Virus record (IMG/VR): IMGVR_UViG_3300049571_000582
Span: 1 to 64,000 of that record
DNA length: 64,000 nucleotides
Direction: 5' to 3' (one strand)
From: a virus
In this document: in pieces, positions 1-10,800 of the stretch
Numbering within the stretch: the first letter of the stretch is position 1
Layout: every line of letters begins with the position of its first letter
Program-made: the position numbers and the translations under genes
The notes under the pieces: model-generated
The model's input: only the letters and a program-made list of their open reading frames with translations
Told to the model about the DNA's origin: nothing
The model's database searches: none

Positions 1-1374
1 ATGCGGACCAACGAACGGGGCCTTGAACTCACTTTCCACAAGCCCAGCAAACGATGGTGCAAGGTCATCGACGGCAAGCGCCACTACTTCGGGTCGGGCT
101 CCGGCGTCAGTGATCGAGAGAGCTACAAGGCGGCGGTGAGCAAGTACCGCGACATGATCGACAAGCTCGACACCGAGCGCGAAGAAGCTCACAAGATGGG
201 GAAGGTGGAGCAGATCATCGCCAAGCACGCCTTCGATGAGGACGCTCCTCCGCTGACCACCGAAGAACTCTCCGCCATGGTCGCCGCCGGCGCGATGCCC
301 CAGGAGATCGCCGCGGTGGTCGACCCGGCCACGCGGGTGGTTGCCGCGCCCGACCGGGCCGTTGCCACCCTCGTCGAGAGCTACGTCGAAAAGGAAAAGC
401 AGCGGAGGGATCTGACCCGCTCCAATCCCACGGCCCTCCCCCGGAAGTCCCGGCTCTCGCCCCACTCGTTCCTCGGACTCAAATACTGCGTCAAGACCTT
501 CGAGGACTATGCCGTCAATCAGGCGAAGATCCCCACGCTGGAAGACGACGCTCAGGTCGAGCGGCTGCTCCTGGGGTACCGCCGCTTCCTCGAATCGGAG
601 ATGATCGGCGGCCGCATCGCTCCCTCGACGGTCAACGCCCGCATCGTCTACCTCGCCCCGTTCTTTCGCTGGGCATGGAAAGCGCGGCACATCGCCGAGA
701 TGCCCCGGTGTCTGGACGAGGTCTGCAAGAAGTACAGCCACACCCCGACCTCCAAGCCCCTCCCCATGGCCACGATCCAGAAACTCTGGAAGCATGCCGA
801 CGGGCGCATGAAGGCACTCATCGCCCTGGCACTCAACGCCGGCATGTATGCCGTCGAGATAGCGACCACCCAGGGCAAGCACATCAAGAATGGGTACATC
901 GCCCGGCACCGCAACAAGACCGGCGTGCCTTACAAGATCAAGCTCTGGCCACTCACCCAGAAACTGCTGACCAAGCACCGGGACGGCAAGGGGGCCGAGG
1001 AGTTCCTCTTCCTCACCAAGCAGGGCCACCCCCTCGTGCATGATGGCCCCGAGAGCAAGAGCAATGCCCTTGCCCAGTCCTTTGCCAAGCTGGTCGAGGA
1101 GGCCGAGGTCGAAGCAAGCTGGTCGCAGTTCCGCGACACCAGCGCCACGCTCGTCGAGAAGATCGCCACCACCGGCCGCGGCGAAGTGGACAAGGGGCTC
1201 GTGTCGATGTTCCTCGCCCACGCCGACACCCGCACAGCCCGGTTCTACGTCCACGTCGATCCCGACACCATTCCCACCGCAAAGCTGGATAAGGTGATCG
1301 ACAAGCTCGAAGCGGCGTACGGCCTGACCGTGAAGGAAGAGCCCGCCAAGGGCAGCGAGAAAGAGAAGTTGTAA
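1..1374 (+). CDS. Tyrosine recombinase/integrase family protein (atypical active site)
   Basis: N-terminal arm-type segment FHKPSKRWCKVIDGKRHYFG; core-binding 'APSTVNARI'; K in RNKTG; box II-like SQFRDT...FLAHAD...RFY. The box I Arg position reads Tyr (AGMYAVE). ATG is at base 1, so the start cannot be confirmed. Confidence 0.85.
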   Translation: MRTNERGLELTFHKPSKRWCKVIDGKRHYFGSGSGVSDRESYKAAVSKYRDMIDKLDTEREEAHKMGKVEQIIAKHAFDEDAPPLTTEELSAMVAAGAMPQEIAAVVDPATRVVAAPDRAVATLVESYVEKEKQRRDLTRSNPTALPRKSRLSPHSFLGLKYCVKTFEDYAVNQAKIPTLEDDAQVERLLLGYRRFLESEMIGGRIAPSTVNARIVYLAPFFRWAWKARHIAEMPRCLDEVCKKYSHTPTSKPLPMATIQKLWKHADGRMKALIALALNAGMYAVEIATTQGKHIKNGYIARHRNKTGVPYKIKLWPLTQKLLTKHRDGKGAEEFLFLTKQGHPLVHDGPESKSNALAQSFAKLVEEAEVEASWSQFRDTSATLVEKIATTGRGEVDKGLVSMFLAHADTRTARFYVHVDPDTIPTAKLDKVIDKLEAAYGLTVKEEPAKGSEKEKL

Positions 1375-1383
1375 ATTCTCTCG

Positions 1384-1413
1384 TGAATAATCCCAGCCCC
1401 CGCCCATAGCATT
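1384..1413 (+). promoter_or_regulatory. Putative phage late promoter, copy 1 (TGAA-N19-TAGCAT)
   Basis: GAA 1385-1387 and TAGCAT 1407-1412; intergenic, followed by a GGGGG SD and GTG at 1447. Confidence 0.65.
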
Positions 1414-1446
1414 GACGTAACACCACGTTGGGAATCGGGGGACACA

Positions 1447-1800
1447 GTGGATAAAGCTGAAGCCGGTCAGAAACTGACAAAGCTGGAGATTGAGAGCGAC
1501 GGCACCCGCGAGGGAACGACTCTCAAGGTCAACGGCAAGGCCGTCAAGGATCTGGCCTCCCTCTCGTTCTACTTCTGGAACGACGACATGCCAGGCAACG
1601 TCAGCCTGGGCTACAGCGTCAAGGACAATCCCGCCGAAGGCAGCGGCGAAATCGGCTCCACCACCTACTACAGCCTCTGCCCGCCCGCCTGCGGATGCGA
1701 CGCCACCCTCGCCCAGGCGTCCAAGGTTCCCTTCGAACATCTCCCGCGCGTCACCGGCGGCCAGCGTTCGCTCTTCGCGAAGATTGGTGCCCGCCAGTAA
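1447..1800 (+). CDS. Hypothetical protein (117 aa)
   Basis: GTG start with a GGGGGAC SD; codon usage typical of the window. Confidence 0.7.
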   Translation: MDKAEAGQKLTKLEIESDGTREGTTLKVNGKAVKDLASLSFYFWNDDMPGNVSLGYSVKDNPAEGSGEIGSTTYYSLCPPACGCDATLAQASKVPFEHLPRVTGGQRSLFAKIGARQ

Positions 1801-1895
1801 CCCACCCAAGCCAGTGCCCTGGATCACCCTCTCCCGGCCACGCGAGCCGGTGATGCCCCAGGGCCAAGACGACCACCGCGGCTGCGGACGAAGAT

Positions 1896-2912
1896 ATGAG
1901 CGATGACCTGATCACTATCGGCGGCAAGGACTTTGTGCGGGCGGAGGCCCGGGCGAAGGTCAAGGTCGTCGCACGCGAGTCGGTGCCGCAGGAGGTCACC
2001 AACCGCACCCGCGCCATCGCCAGCGATCTGCACTGGACCGGCAAGGAGAACCCGGATCTGGTCTATGTGCAGGTGATCATGGACACCGAAGGCCCCAATG
2101 CGAACTGGGACTATCAGCCCCGGGCCGTCCTGATGGCCAAGCATTCCACCGCCGTCTTCAAGCCCTGGGACATGGACCACGTTGTCGAGGAGAAGGGCTC
2201 CCTGACGACCATGTCCAAGGACAACCCGCCGGTGCGCAACACGATCTTCGGTGTCATGACGGCCACGGCCCTCTGCTGGGCATCGACTGGCGAGCTGCTC
2301 ACCGACGATGAGATCAAGACCGTTTCCCAGGAAGACAAGTGGGACCGCGAAGATGGCGAGAAGGTCGCCGTCATGGCGTGGGCCGCCCTCTACCGCTTCC
2401 TGTTTCCCAAGACCGTCGACGACATCGTCGAGCAGGCGAATGCCGGCGACATGTTCGTGTCGATGGAGCGGTGGATCGCCGAGTACGACTTCCTGGTGTG
2501 GGACACCGCCAGCAAGGACTACAAGGCGCAGAGCCTCGACACCGCCAAGGCCAACGGGATCTTCAACCGCTGGAAGACCCGCCAGACCGCCAACGGAAAA
2601 CCCGTGTACCGCCGGTCGCTCTCCTGCTTCTACGGCGGCATCGCAAGCACCACCAACCCCGCCAACAAGCTGGCGCGTTTCGTCGAACCCTCGTTCGTGA
2701 AATCCGCTGCCAGTGACAAAAATGATGCGGTCCTCGAAAAACTTTTAGAGCGACATGGCGAAGTTCATGCGGCCTTCGCCTTAGCATCTTGCGAAGATCA
2801 ACCGCGACTCATCGCCGAGCACGAACGAATCACCAGGGCGATCGCGGCCTACGTGGGGGACCAGGTAAGTGAGCCAGTCGATTCACGAATTGCTGGATCA
2901 AACGCTGCCTGA
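1896..2912 (+). CDS. Putative prohead maturation protease
   Basis: Motifs NANWD..KPWDMDH, VSME (candidate catalytic Ser) and a late NPAN resemble phage head proteases; sits directly before the scaffold, decoration and MCP genes. Confidence 0.65.
   Translation: MSDDLITIGGKDFVRAEARAKVKVVARESVPQEVTNRTRAIASDLHWTGKENPDLVYVQVIMDTEGPNANWDYQPRAVLMAKHSTAVFKPWDMDHVVEEKGSLTTMSKDNPPVRNTIFGVMTATALCWASTGELLTDDEIKTVSQEDKWDREDGEKVAVMAWAALYRFLFPKTVDDIVEQANAGDMFVSMERWIAEYDFLVWDTASKDYKAQSLDTAKANGIFNRWKTRQTANGKPVYRRSLSCFYGGIASTTNPANKLARFVEPSFVKSAASDKNDAVLEKLLERHGEVHAAFALASCEDQPRLIAEHERITRAIAAYVGDQVSEPVDSRIAGSNAA
2759..2789 (+). promoter_or_regulatory. Putative phage late promoter, copy 2 (CGAA-N19-TAGCATCT), inside the protease gene and upstream of the scaffold
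   Basis: GAA 2760-2762 and TAGCAT 2782-2787; preceded by the A/T tract GAAAAACTTTT in a locally AT-rich patch. Confidence 0.65.
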
Positions 2913-2973
2913 GAATCTCCGGACCGTAGTGAGTTTTAAGAACGCCGAACCATCCGATGGGGGGAAACCAATC

Positions 2974-3702
2974 ATGGCCGAAGCCGTCAACACCATCACG
3001 ATCGAGCAGGTGAAAGCGACCGTCTCCGAACTTCTGGCGCAGAAGGATGCGGAGAAGGCCGTGGCGACGAAGATCGCCAGCCTGGAAACCACGATCAACC
3101 AGGGCGCGGCCGACCTCGCGGCAGCCAAGGCCACCGCGACCGATCTCCAGGCGAAGCTCGCCCAGAAGGATCAGGACATCGACGCCGTCCGCGCGGAACT
3201 CGCCGCGGCCTCCAAGAAGATCGCCGAAGTCGAGACGGCCAAGGCCGATCTCCAGAAGCAGGTCAATCACCTGAACTCCGAGAAGGTCCAGGCCGCTCGC
3301 GTCGCCAAGCTGACCGAGAAGGGCATCGCCTCCGACGATCGCGTGGCGCGCATGACCGCCCGCAACGAAGACGGCACCTTCAAGGTCGCCGATGACATGT
3401 TTGAGCAGATGGTCGCGGATCTCGTCGAAGTGGCCGAAGCGGCCAAGAAGGCGATGACCGACAAGCAGAAGAAGGCGGCCGAAGACGCCAAGGACGGCGG
3501 CAAGGATGACGCCGACGAAGGGCCCGACGGCAAGAAGAAGAGCAAGGCGTCCAAGGATGGCCAGTCCACCGAAACGCCGGCGGCTCCGAACCTCGAAGGC
3601 GATGCAGGCACCCGCGCGACCGCGGCCCTGATCAACGGCCAGGGCGCTCCGGCGGCCTTCAGCCGCGAGTCCTTCGCCAAGTCGATCAAGCACCGCGTCT
3701 AA
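2974..3702 (+). CDS. Putative capsid scaffolding protein
   Basis: Long Ala/Lys/Glu coiled coil with a flexible C-terminus; ATG 2974 follows a GGGGGGAAA SD; located between the protease and MCP genes. Confidence 0.7.
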   Translation: MAEAVNTITIEQVKATVSELLAQKDAEKAVATKIASLETTINQGAADLAAAKATATDLQAKLAQKDQDIDAVRAELAAASKKIAEVETAKADLQKQVNHLNSEKVQAARVAKLTEKGIASDDRVARMTARNEDGTFKVADDMFEQMVADLVEVAEAAKKAMTDKQKKAAEDAKDGGKDDADEGPDGKKKSKASKDGQSTETPAAPNLEGDAGTRATAALINGQGAPAAFSRESFAKSIKHRV

Positions 3703-3779
3703 GACCCAGTCGTATTCCGAATTGATTTTCACCGTGAGAAAGCGGTGATCCAGCAAACCAACCGAGGGGGATCATTCAA

Positions 3780-4280
3780 ATGAGCGACAGCAGCTTCAGC
3801 CCGACCCTTAACCTTCCGAAGCGTTATGTGAAGGGCCTCCACAAGTCCTACGGCGGCCTGATGGCTCCGTGGTACATCCCGAACACCGTCTGTGTCGAAG
3901 GCCAGCCGATGAAATTCGGCGTGGCGCAGGACACGATGGACGTGTGCGGCGACACCGACGGCGCGAAGTGCGTGGGTCTCGCGGCCCAGATCGCCTACGA
4001 CGAGGCGGCTTTCGCCGAGCTCAAGGGCTACCAGTTCCTCAACAACACCAAGCAGCGGCTCGATGGCTCGCCGATCGGTCTTCTGACCGGCCAGGGCTAC
4101 GCTTTCACCAACTGCTACGTGGGCACCGTTGCCTGGGGCAACAAGGCCTACATCGATCCGACCACCAAGAAGCTGACGGCGGCGGTCTCCACGGGCAACG
4201 GTCTCCCGATCGTGTTCGAAGGTGCCGGCACCGACGGTGCGAAACTCGTGCGAATCCGGTTCAACTTCGTCATCGCCTAA
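3780..4280 (+). CDS. Putative capsid decoration/cement protein
   Basis: 166 aa, beta-rich; strong SD GAGGGGGA; immediately upstream of the MCP. Confidence 0.6.
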   Translation: MSDSSFSPTLNLPKRYVKGLHKSYGGLMAPWYIPNTVCVEGQPMKFGVAQDTMDVCGDTDGAKCVGLAAQIAYDEAAFAELKGYQFLNNTKQRLDGSPIGLLTGQGYAFTNCYVGTVAWGNKAYIDPTTKKLTAAVSTGNGLPIVFEGAGTDGAKLVRIRFNFVIA

Positions 4281-4370
4281 CGTAGGGCGATTGCCAAGAA
4301 ACCGACAAGAACCAATGTCACCGGCCGCATCCTATTGGGGGGTTAGCGGCAAATGAGGGGGATTATCACC

Positions 4371-5312
4371 ATGCCCGACAAAGTTGTACTTTCTCCGGAA
4401 GAGCTCGCCAAGGCGATCGAGGCCTTTAAGGCCACTGCGACCAACCAGCGGGCCCGTGAGGCCTTCGCGGAAAGCCGGGCGGACGTGATCCTCCCGCTTC
4501 TGCAGGAACAGTCCACGATCCGCAACATCTTCGACCCCGAGTTCATCGGGTACGATGAAGCGATCTACAACATCCCGCACGACGACATCGAAATGACCTG
4601 GCTCATGCCCCAGATCGGCGGGACGCCCGTCGTCCAGCTGGAAGGCACCGAGATGCGGGTCAGCACCTTCCTGGTGCACGGTGGCGTCGAGTGGCAACAG
4701 CGGATTGCCGCGGCCGGCCGGATCAACCAGGCCGAGCAGGCCACGACCCAGCTGCTCAACCGCTTCGTCCGCCAGGAAGAGCGTGCGGGCTGGTCGCTGA
4801 TCAAGACCCACGCCGCGGTCCTGCCGACCGAGCAGAAGGTCACCGCGTTCAAGGATGACGGCACCGCGGGTGGCAGTGGCGCTGGCCGCCTGAACATCTA
4901 CACGATCAGCGAGACGCTGACCGTGGCCGACAGCATCGGCATCGGTGGCCGTCGCGTGACGGACATCTATGTGTCGCCCCGCCGCTTCGGCGACCTCCGC
5001 AATGCGGTGACGATGGAAGCCCTGCCCATGACGATGCGGGAACGCCTCTGGGGCAACGGCACCAACCCCGAGTCGCCCGCCGGCGAGCTCCGGATCCACA
5101 AGGTCTACAACCCCGAGCTCGTCACCGACGCCAAGGCTTACGCCTTCACCCAGAAGGACGGCTATCGCTACGGCGTGATGCCCATCCGCGAGAAGCTGGT
5201 CACCCGCGACCGCCTGGCCTCGCAGGACGAGTGGAAGAACGGCGTCGAAGGGAAGGAAGAGATCGGCTTTGGCGTCCTGGACGACAAGGGCCTGATCGAA
5301 ATCACCTTCTAA
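4371..5312 (+). CDS. Major capsid protein (probable HK97 fold)
   Basis: 313 aa; follows protease, scaffold and decoration genes; C-terminal 'KEEIGFGVLDDKGL' resembles HK97-type capsid ends; strong SD; followed by a terminator. Confidence 0.8.
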   Translation: MPDKVVLSPEELAKAIEAFKATATNQRAREAFAESRADVILPLLQEQSTIRNIFDPEFIGYDEAIYNIPHDDIEMTWLMPQIGGTPVVQLEGTEMRVSTFLVHGGVEWQQRIAAAGRINQAEQATTQLLNRFVRQEERAGWSLIKTHAAVLPTEQKVTAFKDDGTAGGSGAGRLNIYTISETLTVADSIGIGGRRVTDIYVSPRRFGDLRNAVTMEALPMTMRERLWGNGTNPESPAGELRIHKVYNPELVTDAKAYAFTQKDGYRYGVMPIREKLVTRDRLASQDEWKNGVEGKEEIGFGVLDDKGLIEITF

Positions 5313-5341
5313 GCCACCCCCTCCAGAAGAGTGCAATCGCG

Positions 5342-5378
5342 AGAACGCCGGGACTAAACACCCCGGCGTTCTTCTTTT
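5342..5378 (+). terminator. Rho-independent terminator after the MCP
   Basis: 11-bp stem AGAACGCCGGG/CCCGGCGTTCT followed by TCTTTT. Confidence 0.8.
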
Positions 5379-5379
5379 G

Positions 5380-5410
5380 GCAAAGGACACAAGGCCAGGG
5401 CGTACCATCC
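5380..5410 (+). promoter_or_regulatory. Putative phage late promoter, copy 3 (GCAA-N19-TACCATCC)
   Basis: CAA 5381-5383 (one mismatch to GAA) and TACCAT 5403-5408; lies directly after the terminator; GTG start 6 nt downstream. Confidence 0.55.
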
Positions 5411-5414
5411 TAAC

Positions 5415-6056
5415 GTGCTGCACTTTTCGCGAAACGCCACCATCCTGCTTCCGGCAGACGTCGCCCTGTTCAACGGCCTGACCCCGCGACCCGGGGAGGC
5501 TGCCAACATCGGCTGCTCGGTCGTGTCCCTGGACACCGGCAAACTGCTGGACTTCTCCGACGGCACCTTCAAGACCTCGCCCACTCAGCCTTCCTCCACC
5601 GTCGCCGCGATGCCCGGCTTCACCTACGACTACATCGTCCGGCTCTCCACCGTCGGGTATCCCCGGGGCCATTACCGGGCGCTGTTCCGGCAGGTCGTCA
5701 CCGGCGAGGAGTTCAGCATCGACTTTTCCGTCGGGCTTCATGTGGGCCGCCGGCTCGGATACGCGGCCGCCTACGATGGATCCACCCTCACCCTCTCGCT
5801 GTGGGTCGAGGAGAATGGCGAGGCCCAGACGGACTATTCCAGTTTGAAGAATGTGACGATTCTTGATTCGTCCGGGGCTGCTGTCGACAACGGCACGTTC
5901 CCCGACAACTCCGCACCCACCAATGGGGTGTTTGGATTCCAAAAGACCATCGCCCTTGCTGCATCAAGTGTCTACATCGTGACGTGCAAGGCTGTCGTCC
6001 CAGGCCCGAGCGGCAATTATGAATTCTCGCTTCGGTTTGGGATGGCTCGGCCCTAA
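5415..6056 (+). CDS. Hypothetical beta-rich virion protein (possibly leaderless)
   Basis: 213-aa ORF with an Ig-like strand pattern; no SD; the start coincides with the predicted transcription start. Confidence 0.65.
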   Translation: MLHFSRNATILLPADVALFNGLTPRPGEAANIGCSVVSLDTGKLLDFSDGTFKTSPTQPSSTVAAMPGFTYDYIVRLSTVGYPRGHYRALFRQVVTGEEFSIDFSVGLHVGRRLGYAAAYDGSTLTLSLWVEENGEAQTDYSSLKNVTILDSSGAAVDNGTFPDNSAPTNGVFGFQKTIALAASSVYIVTCKAVVPGPSGNYEFSLRFGMARP

Positions 6057-6073
6057 GCATTTGGAGTCGTACC

Positions 6074-6478
6074 TTGGGGGCCCAGCGTAGAAATCTTCCG
6101 CCCAGCCTGCTGGTCAACGAGACCTCGCCGACTCTCTCGGCGGACCTCGATGCCAACGGGCACAAGGTTGTGAATGTCCCGACGCCCACCAATGCGGGGG
6201 ACCTGGTTCGCAAGTCCGACCTCGACGAGGTTTCAGCCCACGTCGATGCGGTTGTGACGGAGCTCCAGGACGAGATTGGTCAGGGTGCCACGCTTGAGTT
6301 TGACCAAACTGAGGCGTCGACGCTCTGGACCATCGCCCACAACCTCGGACGTCGGCCGTCTGTCACCACCGTCGATACGGTCGGCGATGAGATTGAAGGC
6401 CAGGTCCATTACGTCGATGCGAACACGGTGCAGGTTGCGTTCTCGCCCGCCGTTGCTGGTAAAGCGTTTCTCAATTAA
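6074..6478 (+). CDS. Short fibre-associated protein
   Basis: Trimeric neck-like motif KVVNVPTPTNAGDLVRK; C-terminal 'WTIAHNLG..P.V' domain shared with the next gene. Confidence 0.7.
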   Translation: MGAQRRNLPPSLLVNETSPTLSADLDANGHKVVNVPTPTNAGDLVRKSDLDEVSAHVDAVVTELQDEIGQGATLEFDQTEASTLWTIAHNLGRRPSVTTVDTVGDEIEGQVHYVDANTVQVAFSPAVAGKAFLN

Positions 6479-6487
6479 GGGGAAATC

Positions 6488-7816
6488 ATGGCAGTCGGGA
6501 AGTTCTACAAAGACATCAACCTCAATGGCAACCAGCTCCTGAATGCGGGGCTGGAAAAGCTCTCCGCGCCACCGACGCCCGGGACGCAGGGGCGGATCTT
6601 CTACAACACCACCTCCGCCCGCCTGTGCATCGACAACGGCTCCTCCATCGACACCTATGGCTTTGGCACTGTCACGAGCGTCGGCATCACCGGCCCCTCG
6701 ATCTTCAACTATGGATCGGCCGTCACGGGCTCGGGCAACCTGAGTCTCTCGCTGGCCAGCCAGAGTCCCTACACGGTCTTTGCCGCTCCTTCGGGTGGCG
6801 GCACGCCCTCCTTCACGACCATCGACCACAACTGGATCAGCGACTTCAACACTGCTGTCCGCGCCAACACGCTCAACCAAATGGCCTCGCCGGTAGGCCC
6901 GGTGGCCTTCAACAACCAGAAAATCACGGGCCTCGCGGACCCCACTGCAGCCCAGGACGCAGCCACGAAGAAGTATGTCGATTCCGCAATCCAGGGCCTG
7001 CAGGTCAAGCCGACCGCGGATCTCGCGACGACCGCCGCACTGCCTTCGTGCACGTATGCGAACGGGGTTTCAGGCGTCGGGGCCACCCTCACCGGAACGT
7101 CCAATGGTGCACTGTCGGCAATCGACGGCATCACGCCGACGGTTGGAATGGTCATCCTGGTGAAGGACCAGGCGACAGCGGCACAGAATGGGCTGTACAC
7201 CGTGACGGCCGTCGGCAGCGCGGGAGCCCAGTTCGTACTGACCCGCCACGTCGACATGGACGAAGCGGCCGAATTCTCCGGTGCGTTCATTCCGGTTTCC
7301 AGCCAGGGCACCGCCAATAAGAACTCGCTGTGGATCGCAAACCCCAGCGGCACCGTGACGGTGGGCACCACGAGCATCCCCCTGCAGCAGCTGGACAGCG
7401 CGGCAGATTTCACCGCCGGATCCGGCATCAGCATCTCCGGCAACACCATCTCCATTTCCGCGTCTTACACGGGGCAGACGTCCATCACTACGGTGGGGAC
7501 GATCGCGTCGGGCACCTGGCAGGGGGCCGCTGTTGCCGTGGGCTACGGCGGCACCGGTGCGAGCACGGCGGCGGGCGCTCGGGCGAACCTCGGGGCCTTG
7601 ACGCGAGTGACCGGGACGCTCAACGGCAATGGGTCCACGACCGTGTTCACCGCCACGCACAATCTCAATTCGACGGCTGTGCATGTGACGGTCTTTGATT
7701 CCACGGGGGCTCAGGTCGAGCCCGACATCCAGAACACCAGCGTGAACGCCACCACCATCACGTTCTCGCCCGCGCCGGCCAACGCATCGAGCTGGACGTG
7801 GGCCGCCATCGGATAA
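6488..7816 (+). CDS. Phage fibre protein
   Basis: KITGLADPTAAQDAATKKYVD neck motif; VILVKDQATAAQNGLY; YGGTGASTAAGARANLG; C-terminal 'THNLN' domain. These are common fibre motifs. Confidence 0.85.
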   Translation: MAVGKFYKDINLNGNQLLNAGLEKLSAPPTPGTQGRIFYNTTSARLCIDNGSSIDTYGFGTVTSVGITGPSIFNYGSAVTGSGNLSLSLASQSPYTVFAAPSGGGTPSFTTIDHNWISDFNTAVRANTLNQMASPVGPVAFNNQKITGLADPTAAQDAATKKYVDSAIQGLQVKPTADLATTAALPSCTYANGVSGVGATLTGTSNGALSAIDGITPTVGMVILVKDQATAAQNGLYTVTAVGSAGAQFVLTRHVDMDEAAEFSGAFIPVSSQGTANKNSLWIANPSGTVTVGTTSIPLQQLDSAADFTAGSGISISGNTISISASYTGQTSITTVGTIASGTWQGAAVAVGYGGTGASTAAGARANLGALTRVTGTLNGNGSTTVFTATHNLNSTAVHVTVFDSTGAQVEPDIQNTSVNATTITFSPAPANASSWTWAAIG

Positions 7817-7863
7817 GAAGACCCGGGCAGCAGCACAAGGATCGGGATCAGGGGGACAAAGGT

Positions 7864-10800
7864 TTGAAGAAGTTTCTCGTTGACGTCAGCATGTCCAACA
7901 ACCTCACGGTGACGGGGGCGTCTGCCGCGGGCACCCTCGTGTCCAGCGGGTTTGTGTATGGCAAGCAGCTGCAACTTGCTGGCCTGCTCAACAACATCGG
8001 ATCCGGCACGTTTTACACGGCCTACCTTGGATCGATCATCAACCAGCCCATCGGCGGAACGGCCTCGAATGTCGACCTGATGATCGACCGCACCGAAACC
8101 AACCCCGGAAGTGGGCCGCAGTACCTGATTCAGGCTCGCACCAACGGGACCGACAAGCTCACGCTCACTAACAATGGCATCCTGACGGTCCCGGGTGCCG
8201 TGCTGTCCAACAGCTTTCAGTTCATCGGGATCCCTGGTTATTTGGCCGGCGACGGGTCCGGCAATCTGGTGGTCTCCGCCGACACTGGCCAACTCCAGCT
8301 CAGTGGCGACGATGGAGTGCATGTTCTTAGTGACCTGAACGTCAACGGCGCTCTCGTGTTCGATGGGGCCAATTACGCCACCGGAATCAATCAGCTTCGC
8401 GACGTCGAAGACGTTCTGATCTACGACTGGGCCAGCGGCGACCGGCTGTTTTACGGCAGCGGGCAGAACCTCACCAACCTGAACGCCGACAATATCGCCT
8501 CCGGCCAAGTCGCACCGGCCCGTCTGGCGACCGGCACCCCTTCCGCTTCGACGTTCGTTCGAGGCGACGGCACGTGGTCGCCGGTGGTCGCCGGCTCCAA
8601 CACGCAGATCCAGTACAACAACAGCGGGGCTCCCGGGGCCAGCTCCAACTTCACCTTCAATCCTTCGAACGGCCTTTTCACCGTCGCGGGCAACGCGGTC
8701 GTCAACAGCGCCCGCAACTCTTACGGGCTCATCCTCAGCACCCCAGTGAACAACCTGTCATATTTTAACGTCTACGTTGACCCCAATGGGTGGGGCGGGG
8801 TCACCCTGGGGAGTGACTCCGGCACCGGCCAAGTCACATTTAGTGGGTATGGCGGCAACTGCATCAACAATGGGGATTACTGGAACGGCGGTGGGCTGTC
8901 CCTGGGATCCAACCTTCCGTGGGGCAACGGTGGGTGGGGTCTCCGAGTGGAGAATGCGTCCTCTGGCGCTGCATACTTTCGTGGGGCGGTGAAGTTTGAT
9001 CCTGCGGCGGCCCCGAGCTCACCCTCGGAGGGCATGTTCTATTACGACTCGACCGCCCATGCCCCCAAGTTCCACAACGGCAGTGGCTGGATCACCGTTG
9101 GTGCCGGCGGCGGTGGGTCAGTCTCCGCGCCCCTTGCCCTTGTCGGAACCACCGACGCCGTTCAGCTGTCGGTGAAAGCCAACGCCACGCAGAACACCAA
9201 CCCGGCGGTATTCGCCGTTCGAAACAGCAGCAACTCGATCGTGATGAGCGTCGATTCGTCTGGCAACGTCGTCTCCCCCAGCTTCTCGACTGGCTCGCCT
9301 GCGTCCATCGCCGATGACGGTAGCGGCGGCTGGTTAATTAGTGCCGACGCCGGCGGCGTGACCATCACGGGAGACAATGGCCTGGTCGTCGAAACATACG
9401 CGAATTTTGACCAGGGTGCTGCCTTCTACAATGGGGCCGATTTCTACGGTGGCTGCTATTTCGACGACGCCGGCATCTCGATCTTGCCTTGGTCCGGCCA
9501 AGGGGGCTGGATTGACATGCCCACGTGGGGCGCGTGTGGGATCGGCACTGGGGGGCCCGGCCAGAATGCGTGGATCGCGTATGCAGCATCGAGCAACCAG
9601 TGGTTCCCCGGGGCCAACGCAGGGGACGTTTGCTACCGGAATACGGCTGGTAGGATCCTGATCGGCACCAACTCTGGACGAACCCCCGACATCATCGTCG
9701 ACTCCGCCGGCACCGTTTCCATGGGGGGCAACGCCTCCGTCGCCGGGACCCTTACGGCGACGGTGGTTGAGAAGGTCAAGACCTTTACGCCCGGGTCCAC
9801 CGGCTGGTATCGCATTGCCACTCGCTCAAGCAATATGTCGGGCAAGCTGCTGATCACCGGGAGTGGGGGCGGTCGCCAGGCCGATGAGGAAATTCACTTC
9901 TTCGTGAATGGCTGGGAGTCTGTCTCTGCAATCAACCAGGTGAACTCGCTGCCTTATGGCGGTGGCGCGGTCCCCATCGTCGATCAGGTGCGTGCGTCGG
10001 GGAACGCAGGTGATGGCAGCACCTACCTTGATATTCATGTCAACGTCGCAAGCATTCCCCTGACCCTCTACCTGTACGGCAACAACGCGCCGGCGTTTCT
10101 CTCGACCCCGACGCTGAGCCCCACCATCGGACCCACGGGCCAAAGCGTCCTGACCGTACGGGCGGGCCTTCACACCACCGCCGCGATGTCGTGCAATGAC
10201 CTGACGGTCAGCTACGGCATCAACGTTACGGGGATGTCGGGTCCCGGAACCGTCGCGGCGTACCAGTTTTACGGCGCGGCATGGACCGATCTTCGAATTC
10301 ACAACCAGAATGGGGGCGTTCAGATCTGCGGCCCCAGCGACGGCGGAACCGTCGGCATTGGTTCTGTGCCGGGCACGGACAAGCTCACCGTCGGCGGCAC
10401 CGTCAAAGCTACGTCGCTCAACGGGCCGCTCTACAAGACCGACTGCACGAATGGAAATCAGTACATCACCCTGCACCAGACGGGATACACCAGCGGTGTC
10501 GACTTCGGCGTCTACAACGATGGGGGCTGGTTTCGCGTAGGTGCTTACAACAACTACTCCTACATGTCCTGCTCCACGGACAACGGATCTCCCCGGCTTA
10601 CCATGAATCGCGGAGACACGGGGGGTGAGCGATACATCCGCCTTTCCACTGGCGATAATTGGGGTGGATCTCACTTCTTTGGAAATTTCGCCAATGACGG
10701 CACAGGCATCAATTATTACACCACCGACACCTACAAACTGCTCAATTTCAATGGGACAATCCTGACTGTCACGGGGCGGGTGCGGCACAACGTTCTCGCC

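Noticed and set aside
1412-1440. TTGACG as a sigma70 -35 box, or the region as attP
   Set aside because: There is no -10 box at the proper spacing and no second att copy or tRNA-like core in the window.
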